DNA of 63,984 bases, counting the filler, from Octopus bimaculoides (Eukaryota): the NCBI RefSeq assembly GCF_001194135.2. It is 6 parts of 6 records of this genome, joined end to end, with 100 filler letters (N's around TTAATTAATTAA, not from the genome) between each part and the next. Parts side by side here need not be neighbours in the genome. Positions count along the whole stretch, not along the records: positions 51,899 to 62,605 come from NC_068987.1; positions 62,706 to 63,984 come from NW_026424662.1; 4 more parts are not named here. One strand, given 5' to 3'. The position numbers and the translations under genes were made by a program. Below, one piece after another: positions 53,791 to 63,984 of this stretch (its first letter is position 1; each line of letters begins with the position of its first letter). The notes beneath the pieces are model-generated. The model saw only the letters and a program-made list of their open reading frames with translations. It was not told where the DNA came from and made no database searches.

Positions 53791-55640
53791 CAAACAAGCA
53801 CACAAACTCAAGCACTATATTTGGAACTATTAAGGTATTTAAACGTTCTAACAAAATGTGGGCAAGTACCTTTCCAACCACAGACAAAAGCGAAATCCCA
53901 AGAAAATTACCACACAAATTCTTTGGCCCAGATTTATACAAGAAGACTAAAGTGGTATCAATCCAGTCTTGAGGCACTTTCTCAATTCTCCAACAGTGAC
54001 AAATTAATGTATTTAAGAGTTCAAACATTTTGCCACACCCATGTTTCAAAACTTCTGCACAGATTGCATCAGACCCTGGAGACTTACTGTTATTCATGTC
54101 ATTTAGAGTTGGTTCAAATGCCACCTCTTCTATAACTGGAAGGTTTTCGATTTTCTCTATCGTCCTCATGTCAGTAGATGATGGTCTGTTCAAAAGTGCA
54201 GAAAAATGTTCTACCCAACGCTTATGAATAGAAGCGGTGTCAGTCAGAAGCAAACGTCCATTTACTGTTCTCACTGGAGCTATTGAAGAAGATTTGGGGC
54301 CATATACCTCTTTAACATAAGAGGACGAACGCATAGCATCATTTCTATCAGCTNNNNNNNNNNGCTTCGTGTGAGTTGGAGCTTCAAGGACTGAGAAAGA
54401 AGTGTATTGCCTAAGTTTTCTTTTTCTAAAAGTAGATCATGAATTTCTACTGATCTGTCTGAGAACCAGTCACTGGACTTATTTGATCAAAATCCCACTG
54501 ATGAACTTACAGCCTGAAATACTTTTGTTTTTAAATCTTCCTATAGATTGATTTGGTCAAGATTGATACTTTCTATAGCATCGTGGAATCTTTGCAAGCT
54601 GCTTGATTATTTGAAGTTTGAAACATCTAACTTTTTGGGTACCTTAGGAGCAGACTGTCGATTTTTAGGCATTATCGAAAAATCTATTTTTCTAAGCACT
54701 AGATGATGGTCAGTCCAGCTCTCTGCCCCTCTCGTGTACCGAACGCTAGAAACGACTTTTATATCACGTTTTCTGATCAGAATGTAATCTATGAGATGCC
54801 AGTGCTTAGATCTTGGGTGCATTCAGGTGGTTTTATATTTATTTTTCTGCTTAAACAGAGTGTTGATGGCAAGCAGATTATTCCCAGTACAAAACATCAA
54901 AAGAGCTACTCAGTCCTTTCCAACTCTTGCATTGAAATCTCCCAACATGACCAGCTTGACAGAAATTGGTACTCTCCTCAATAATTGTGCTAGATCATCA
55001 TAAAACTGTCCTGATAACAATAAGATAACAATAAGAAACCTACCTTGTGTCAGTTTAATACGACATGACATGATCCGTTCAGATATACCACTTGGAAGCT
55101 CTGCAATAGAGATACTAATGTATTCTTGAGAGCAAACCCAACACTAAATTCTCTACGCTGACCCTTAGGTAGGCCTCTCCAAAAGATAGTATATCAATAA
55201 GTAGGCTCATTTACTTCACCCTCACCATAGAGACGAGTTTCAGAGAGCGCAACTATATCAAGGGAATATTTCTTAAGCTCACATGCAATAAGTGCAGTAC
55301 GCCTTTCTGGTCTCTTGTTGAAATTATCATCAAGAAGCGTGCACACATCCCAACAGCCAAAATTGAAAGGATGTTTATTTTTACTTTTTCTTGAAGATTG
55401 TTTGACCACAGTGGCAGGATGACGACCGAATCCTGCTTGTGATACACTGGGACACCTGCCGAACCAGACCTGTCCCCCTGACGTCCCCAAGCGTTTTTTT
55501 TGTTTTTTTTTCCATTTACTGAATCTGAGACGATCTTTCCGGACAACCCAATATCTCATCCCAAACACCAAACCGACACTCAAACACTCTATAAAGTAAT
55601 CAAATATCACTCCGATGACCGACTCGAAGTAGCTCATTCA
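53790..55640 (-). mobile_element. RTE-clade LINE remnant (APE endonuclease and start of RT)
   Basis: GCWDVCTLLD..RPERRTALIACEL...DIVALSETRL; HWHLIDYILIR; WTDHHLV; KSPGSDAI; GISLLSVVGKVLA; stops and frameshifts. Confidence 0.92.
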
Positions 55641-55984
55641 TACATGAAAAAAAAAAGAAAGATACGATATATGATTTGCAAATGTAAATAAGAATTATAT
55701 ATAAATATTAAAAAAAGTAAAAGATATGCAATTGAAAGTTATAGAATAATATATATATATAAAAAAGTAAAAATATACATATATATACATATAAGAAAAT
55801 GAACATGTATATGTGTGTGTGTATACATGCGTGTGTCTGTGCTTGTCCTCCACCAGAGCTTGACAACCGGTGTTGGTGCGTTTACATCTCCAGAACTTCG
55901 CGTATCTTCTAGCATTCAATTTATTTAGTTCGTTATGACATGTGCTTGCGCCTGAAGAATATGCTTGAGCTTTCTCAATATATC

Positions 55985-56400
55985 ACGATCGTGAGTTACC
56001 AGAGAATGTGCAGATTAGTTACGGTTCAGTTCAATCTATCAACACTGAAAATCTGGGTATGAGACGCGTGTCTGCTAAGTTTATGTCAAAACTGCTTTCA
56101 GCTGACTAAAAGAACACTCGGGTTTCAGTTGCACAAGATGTCCTTGATTGTGTCGAGTACGATGAAAACTTTTTGAAAACTTTACGTAGGCCTCAGAACA
56201 AGCATCGCCGAGCTTTTGGCAAAATTTGATACAGATTCTTTCTGTTATGATCAATGCGACGATCACACGCTACACACCTTCCTTCCAAGCATTGTTGTAA
56301 ACAGCGTCAGTGAGCTAGAAGGTTAAAACTTAGTACGCATGCACAGCAGAGTTCAAGGTCAATCCGTGCCAAGCAGCTTTATTCTGCGTGCTTTAGCTTC
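55985..56400. mobile_element. Rearranged mariner remnant
   Basis: Plus strand GMRRVSAKFMSKLL...DENFLKT abuts minus-strand N-terminus RICIKFCQKLG at ~56181. Confidence 0.7.
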
Positions 56401-56683
56401 GTTACTATAGCAACAGTCTGTATACTTATTGATCAGACCACCTGTGTATACACACACACATATGAGGCGGTGCTCCAGCATGGCCTGTCTAATTGAAACA
56501 AGTAAAAGATATATATATATACGACGAGCTTCTTTCAATTTCTTTCAGAGCAAATCCACTCATAAGGTTTTGGACGGCCCAAGGTTATATAGTAGAAGAC
56601 ACCTGCCCAAGGTGGGACTGAACCCAGAAACCATGTGCTTGAGAAGCAAACTTCTTACCACACAACCACACCTACACACACAC

Positions 56684-56716
<33 letters not shown>

Positions 56717-57366
56717 TCATTCCGGGTTCAGTCCCACTGCGTGGCACCTTGGGCAAGTTTCTTCTTTTATAGCCTTGAGCCGACCAAAGCCTTGTGAGTG
56801 GATTTGGTAGACGGAAACTGAAAGGAGCCCGTCGTATATATNNNNNNNNNNNNNNNNNNNNNNNNNNNNNNNNNNNNNNNNNNNNNNNNNNNNNNNNNNN
56901 NNNNNNNNNNNNNNNNNNNNNNNNNNNNNNNNNNNNNNNNNNNNNNNNNNNNNNNNNNNNNNNNNNNNNNNNNNNNNNNNNNNNNNNNNNNNNNNNNNNN
57001 NNNNNNNNNNNNNNNNNNNNNNNNNNNNNNNNNNNNNNNNNNNNNNNNNNNNNNNNNNNNNNNNNNNNNNNNNNNNNNNNNNNNNNNNNNNNNNNNNNNN
57101 NNNNNNNNNNNNNNNNNNNNNNNNNNNNNNNNNNNNNNNNNNNNNNNNNNNNNNNNNNNNNNNNNNNNNNNNNNNNNNNNNNNNNNNNNNNNNNNNNNNN
57201 NNNNNNNNNNNNNNNNNNNNNNNNNNNNNNNNNNNNNNNNNNNNNNNNNNNNNNNNNNNNNNNNNNNNNNNNNNNNNNNNNNNNNNNNNNNNNNNNNNNN
57301 NNNNNNNNNNNNNNNNNNNNNNNNNNNNNNNNNNNNNNNNNNNNNNNNNNNNNNNNNNNNNNNNNN

Positions 57367-57410
<44 letters not shown>

Positions 57411-58399
57411 CCTTTTTCACATACCTCTTTCATCATCTCCTGCTTTAGCATTTTCGCCGAGTCACACTGGATAAGCCTCAAAGTGGTCCTTTGTTATGCG
57501 TGAAATAGCATCTCACAATGGAAATAAAAGGGAGGATACTTCAGATATTGTCCCTCCTTACCACACACCCACACATACTTAATATGATGATGATGATGGG
57601 ATAGTCAACAGAAATGAATGCCCTTGATAAACAGGAGTAACCCATATGAAGCAATAACTGTATATTCTGTTTAATTTACTTTTCTCTTTCCACAACTTGC
57701 CTCGCATAATATATTCTTTCGCACACTATCTAAAATGCTTCCTTTTTCTAACTTTGTATGTTTGTTTGTTTTTTATTTATGCTTTAATTTTCATTTTGGG
57801 AAATTCTTTCGTAAAGTTCCTTAAAGTTATTTAGTAACCTCCTTCCCTCCACATTCTCGTAGTTTCACCTTATTCCCCGCTTACTCCTTCAACTCCTTCA
57901 CTTCTCTCGTCCTTTATTTTCTTTTTCTTTTTTCATTGTTTCTTGCTTATATCGTAATGCATAACTTCCGTTTTAACTTAATAAACTAACACAAACTGGA
58001 GTGTGAAAAAATGAAGTGAAGAGAGGTCTGCGTGGAAAAATAGCTCTCACGTTTTACACCTTACAGCAGTGAATAAGAGAGAGACAGAAAGAGGCGAAGT
58101 GAAGAGCGAGTGTGAGTGAGAGAGAGGGAAAAGAGAGAGCCATACAGGCAGAGTTACGGACAGAGCAGAGTAAGATATGGATAGAGTGACAGAGAAATGA
58201 TAGAAAGACAGGTTAGAGTGAGGGAGGAATAGGTAGAAAGAAAACCGAAAGGAAAAAACGGAGAGAAAACCAGTTAGAGTGGGAAAGAAATGGAGAGAAA
58301 GAAAGTGAGAGAAAACATATTTACATTGAGAGAGAGTTAGAGTGAGTGAGTGAGAGACAGACAGACGGCAGATAGCAGTAGACGAAAATGTGTAACAAA

Positions 58400-58433
<34 letters not shown>

Positions 58434-59263
58434 TGAGAAATAGAAAGACAGAGAAAGTTTGTTAAGTTTAAAAACTAAAAAGTGAGCATTCCTTCCGTGT
58501 TAAAATATTCTGAAATTTGAAGTTTGCTTTACTCTGCACAAAGAATTTCGTAAACCGTGTGATTTCGGATTACAAGAGAATATATGGTGAGAGTTTGCCG
58601 CGTATACTAGACCAACAACAACAGCACACACACATACGCACATATACATACATATATAGATATACTTATACATACATATATATATATGAATATACATCCG
58701 CACACATACATATAATAACGTGTTGTAGTTGCTGAATCTTGATTATATGTAAGTTGGATTTTATTGTTTCATTATTTTTTCTTTTTGCATTCTACTGATG
58801 TTTGATTGCTTTTTCCTGTCTGCAATACTATAAAGTCACGTTGGAATTATTTTCAGTCTCATTTCCGAAAAGTTGTCTACAACTTTATAAAATCATAACA
58901 TTTACCTCCCCCGACTCCCCAACTACATAAATACAAACACTCTTTGGCACATACACACATATATGTTCATGCAGCGATAGAGAAACTAGAACAAATATAT
59001 TAATCTGGCTCAAACAAGTAAGGTATTTTTCGTAAATGATTTACATACAAAAAGGAAAAATACTAACAAGCAATAACAAGGTTTGTGTAATTTCTTTTCC
59101 TTGTTTAACTTGCATTAACATATTTGCTCACATATTTGCTCTAGCTACTGTGTGATCGCGAGTAAAATGCGATCCCACTCCACCTAAATTCAACATTATA
59201 TTTTATCCTATCTCTTTTGCCTTTTTTTTGTTGTTGTTTCATATATATATATATATATATATA

Positions 59264-59628
59264 GGCATAACTACAGGGTTTTACCCAAACACCACCGAGT
59301 GGGGAACGCTTCTCAAAAATAACCTGCAGTTGTTTCCTTCAAAATTCCTACATGCTCGAAATGTACATACATCAAGGTATATTTGTAGAAAATTTCACGA
59401 AAAAAATATTAATTTTCCTGGAAGTTAAGAAGAATTTAAGTGGACTCTGTTGGAATTTCCGAAAATTGTCCCCCACCCCCATTCCAAAACACTTTCACCG
59501 GAAATTTTTGTATATTCGGATTCTACATAGTAAATACTATATGCATAGAAAATTTCATTCAAAAATATTAATTTTTCTGAAAGTTATGACCTCCCAAAGT
59601 CTGGGGGGTAAAACCCTGTAGTTATGCC
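59264..59628. mobile_element. MITE with perfect 23-bp TIRs, 365 bp
   Basis: ggcataactacagggttttaccc (59264-86) and gggtaaaaccctgtagttatgcc (59606-28). Confidence 0.88.
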
Positions 59629-62047
59629 ATGTTATGCCTATATGCGTTATGCCTATATATATATATATATAAGTGCCCTAATTTTGATACTGAAGTTATG
59701 TATTAAATTTCTCACATCATGCATACGATAAAATATGGCATTTCTAAGAACAACAAACAGAAATTGAAAGGAAAGGTTCTCTTCCTGAAATAGCTATTTT
59801 ATGATTTTGCAGACGATTTTCTTTTCTTATCAAATATTAATACCAAAAACAAAAAACAAAAAAATACTAGTTGAGTACTGGCTCGATTTAAACGACCCGT
59901 TACTCAACATCGTTCTGCATTTGAACCGTAATATGCTTGTACTAGAAATCAATAGTGCTTTTCTTTCGTTTTTGGAGGGAGTTTGTTTGCTTTTTTTCCT
60001 GCTATTTGTTAAAAGTTGGTAGGGAAGTCGAAATTTCATTTATAAGAAAGCTCCACTCACCCTTCATTTCTTGTTTCGTGTTGTTTTGTTTATATTATAA
60101 TGCTTATTACTCGGGAATCGTTTTCTCCGTATTGTAGGCCACTGAGCAAAGCAAAAACGCACTATGCCCTCTTGCATTCACAACCACAGAACACATAAAT
60201 TAGTATTGGGCTTCCTGCACTCATGCAATCGCACCTTCCCGGACATCTGTTCAGTGAACCAATACCTTTATAGACTGCACTGCTTATATAGCCCGACTGT
60301 GGTTAAAGTCGGCATGAAATAAATAAATATTGTCGTTTACGAAGTAGTGAACACAAGGCCACATATTTGAGAGAAGGGAACAGCCGATTATATCGATCAC
60401 AATGCTTAACTTCCAACGAAGGAAGCCTGTCCGTGGTTGCCAATCTCCTAGAAATAGCACCCAAATCCCTCTCAACTCATATCCTCCACCGTCTTAGGTA
60501 AAAAAAAAACATGTTGGTTAATGTAGTCCTGGATAGAGCCGTCTTAACAATGTTATAGCAGTCCTCCACCTAGGCAAAACAATGCTCAGAGACTCCTACA
60601 TACGTAAGCACTATATGCAGAGATAAGCATTAGCTTGAGTGCCCCTTCATTGATACCAGCACATAAGAAAAAGAGAGAATGTTTACAGGTAATATGGACT
60701 TTGATCGTAGGTCAGCTCGCTCAGAACTGACCTGAAGTGCGATGTTTTATAGGTCATATTACATCGACCTAATACCTGATAGATTACTTATTTACCATGG
60801 GAGGGTGAAAGTTGGTCTCAGCGTTATTTGAACTTATATCGATGTTCTAACGATTTTGCGTGCAAAGACGTCAAAGCTATTGGCATAACTACAGGCTGGT
60901 GACTTTGTTTCCTCATAACTTTGTGAAAAAGGCATATTTTTAAATGATATTTTGCAGGGACACATTTTCGAGAGTGTAAATTACAATTATCCTTTTTTTT
61001 GTTTCTTTTTTTTTTATTATTACTTGTTTCAGTCATTGGACTGCGGCCATGCTAGAGCACTGCTTTTAGTCGAACAAACAAACAAACCCCAGTACTTATT
61101 ATTTCTAAAGTCTGGTACTTATTCTATCGGTTTCTTTTGCCGAATCGCTAAGTTATCTAACGCAGTTAACTAACCAACACAAGTTGTTAAGTGGTGCTGG
61201 GAGCAGACACACACAGATAAACACACACGCATACACCTTCATAATCCAAAGAAATACATTGACACTTTCATTTCTTTGTCTTTTTCTTTGAATTACATTT
61301 TATTCTTCGCTAAATCCACAGAACGGTTTTACCGTCATGAAACCAGGATTTTCTGCATCTGAAGAATTTCGGTATTTGGCTGGAATCCGACAGTGTTCAT
61401 AACTGAGAACTCTGGTTGAGTGGTTCTTTGGAAATACTCTACCTTTATACCCAATCAGGACCTTATATACACATATATCTACATATATATATNNNNNNNN
61501 NNNNNNNNNNNNNNNNNNNNNNNNNNNNNNNNNNNNNNNNNNNNNNNNNNNNNNNNNNNNNNNNNNNNNNNNNNNNNNNNNNNNNNNNNNNNNNNNNNNN
61601 NNNNNNNNNNNNNNNNNNNNNNNNNNNNNNNNNNNNNNNNNNNNNNNNNNNNNNNNNNNNNNNNNNNNNNNNNNNNNNNNNNNNNNNNNNNNNNNNNNNN
61701 NNNNNNNNNNNNNNNNNNNNNNNNNNNNNNNNNNNNNNNNNNNNNNNNNNNNNNNNNNNNNNNNNNNNNNNNNNNNNNNNNNNNNNNNNNNNNNNNNNNN
61801 NNNNNNNNNNNNNNNNNNNNNNNNNNNNNNNNNNNNNNNNNNNNNNNNNNNNNNNNNNNNNNNNNNNNNNNNNNNNNNNNNNNNNNNNNNNNNNNNNNNN
61901 NNNNNNNNNNNNNNNNNNNNNNNNNNNNNNNNNNNNNNNNNNNNNNNNNNNNNNNNNNACAGTGTTGGAACTCTTTTAAACAAAATAATATATTCCTCTA
62001 TACACAATCATACAAAAAAAAACACCTTTTTTGTACTTATTTTTACT

Positions 62048-62096
<49 letters not shown>

Positions 62097-62705
62097 ACAA
62101 ACACACACCTATATGTGTGTGTGTGCGTGTGTATGTATGTGCGGCTGTGTGTGTGTGTGTGTGTGAGTGTGTTTATTCTAAGGGTTTCTACACAGTTTTT
62201 GTCTACAGTATTCACTCACAAGACGTTAGTAAGGGCTTTATCGGAAGTCTCTTGCCCAAAGTGCTGCACAATGGGACTGGCGGAGTTAGTTGAATGAAGT
62301 AATCTATGCAAGAAAATTTCCACGCTTTCGTGTAATTCAAGTGAACTTGAAACCAGTTATAAATGAATACAATACAAACAATATACGAATATACTCACGC
62401 TTACTTTTCGTGTGTGTGTGTGTGTGTGTGCATATATAGATACGCACCCTTATATGTTTGTATATATATTTGATAAATAAATTCAAAAAGGGATAAAACT
62501 CTTTTACAAGAATTTTATCAAGAAGCCAGTGTGTAAAAAAATTCATAAGGGAAATTCCTATTCCCAAGAATATAATTATTCGTTTATATTTATATAAGTT
62601 TATTTNNNNNNNNNNNNNNNNNNNNNNNNNNNNNNNNNNNNNNNNNNNNTTAATTAATTAANNNNNNNNNNNNNNNNNNNNNNNNNNNNNNNNNNNNNNN
62701 NNNNN

Positions 62706-63312
62706 GTATTCCAAGCCGTAAATATCAGTCGATTCCCGTTTATACGAAACTGCGGAAGTATGTGTGTCGCTGCTGCTATAAGTATGTACTTGCGGCTGTA
62801 ACAACAAACATGAACACGTAAATACGAAACAGTGGCAACAAAATTAAGCTCCACAACGTAAATCTGTACCCGCTGACATAACAGCGTGCCTAGTGGCGCA
62901 AAAACGTGTCCAAAGCCGCGACTAGGTATTCCAAGCCGTAAATACCAGCCGATGCCCGTTTATACGAAACTGCGGCAGTATGTGCGTCGCTGCTGCTATA
63001 AGTAGGTACTTGCGGCTGTAATAACAAACCTTAACACGTAAATACGAAAATGTGGCGACAAATTTAAGCTCCACAACGTAAATCTGTACCCGACGACGCA
63101 ACAGCATGCCTAGCGCCGCAAAAACTTGCCCAAAGCCGCAAATACATATTCCAAGCCATAAATACCAGTCGATGCCCGTTTATACGAAACTTAGGCAGTA
63201 TGTGTGTCGTTGCTGCTATAAGTACGTACTTGCGGTTGTAACAACGAACGTGAACACGTAAATACGAAAAAGTGGCGACAAAAATAAGCTTCACAACGTA
63301 AATCTGTACCCG
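62706..63312. repeat. 220-bp tandem repeat, ~2.8 copies
   Basis: Units start at 62706, 62926, 63146 ((g/a)tattccaagcc.taaata). Confidence 0.92.
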
Positions 63313-63880
63313 TTCGGCATCCCTCTGCACCATTCGAGAGGAATTCGAACATACGTGCGTCCGTTCGTCCTCATTCTGCACCGTTGGAGCGGAATTCGAA
63401 CGTACGTGTGTCCTTTAGGTTTCCCTCTGCACCGTACGAGCGGAATTCGAACTACGTGCATCCGGTCGGCCTCCCTCTGCACTGTTCGAGCGGAATTTGA
63501 ACTACGTGCGTCTGTTCGGCTTTCTTCTGCACCGTTCTAACGCAATTCAAAAGTACGTGCGTACGTTCGGCATCCCTCTGCACCGTTCGAGCGGAATTCG
63601 AACGTAGGTGCATTCGTTCGTCGTCATTCTGCACCGTTCGAGCGTAATCCGAACGTACGTGCGTCCGTTCGGCCTCCCTCTGCGCCGTTCGAGCGGAATT
63701 CGAAAGTAGTGCGTCCGTTCGGCCTCCTTTTGCACCATTCGAACGTAGTGCGTCCGTTCGAGCGCAATTTGAACGTACGTGCGTATGTTCGGCATCTCTC
63801 TGCACCGTTCGAGCGGAATTCGAACGTACGTGCGTCCGTTTGTCCTCCCTCTGCACCATCCGAGCGGAATTCCATCGTAC
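63310..63880. repeat. 50-51-bp CpG-rich minisatellite, ~11 copies
   Basis: tctgcacc core at 63324, 63375, 63426, 63476, 63526, 63577, 63628, 63679, 63729, 63799, 63850. Confidence 0.92.
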
Positions 63881-63984
63881 GTACGAATGAAAGAACGAAC
63901 AAATGTATTACGTAAGTACGAACGAACGTACATATATACGTACGTTCGCTAGAAATAACGAAAGAGCGTACGTACGTACGAACA

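Noticed and set aside
61321-61402. Possible terminal exon NGFTVMKPGFSASEEFRYLAGIRQCS* or hammerhead (CTGAAGA...cGACA)
   Set aside because: Does not continue TMA16 in phase and no family recognised; as a ribozyme it lacks GAAA and a clear stem I.
63291-63933. 51-bp array as a CRISPR array or repeat-protein gene
   Set aside because: No unique spacers or cas genes; ORFs on both strands arise because 51 is a multiple of 3, and 50-bp units break frame. GAA/TTC spacing does not fit heat-shock elements.

Overview
Repeat-rich, AT-rich animal DNA from a gapped draft assembly. The SINE repertoire, microsatellite load and gap style suggest a cephalopod, probably an octopus (inference). Two spliced + strand genes were reconstructed by hand with GT-AG sites and consistent phases. 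The first is an uncharacterised WD40 protein (5 exons, 15.2-29.5 kb, 236 aa, both ends missing); the second is TMA16 (4 internal exons, 39.6-46.7 kb, both ends missing). The rest is tRNA-derived SINEs, decayed mariner/pogo transposases, RTE, Tx1-like and Penelope-like retroelement remnants, MITEs, Helitron pieces, microsatellites and a terminal CpG-rich two-period tandem array. The most interesting signal is a cluster of type-I hammerhead-ribozyme-like motifs at 32.9-37.4 kb: three paralogous copies with covarying stem I, two of them inside a ~1.4-kb foldback, plus motifs from other families. Also notable are a CpG-depleted domain over TMA16, a complete 1.25-kb non-autonomous Helitron in a TMA16 intron, and long hairpins flanking a 38-nt TMA16 exon. 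Hammerheads in Penelope-like elements are a known phenomenon, so novelty would lie in this family and its arrangement; no wholly new system is demonstrated. Repeat family labels A-E are mine, and repeat boundaries are approximate unless TIRs or TSDs are cited.
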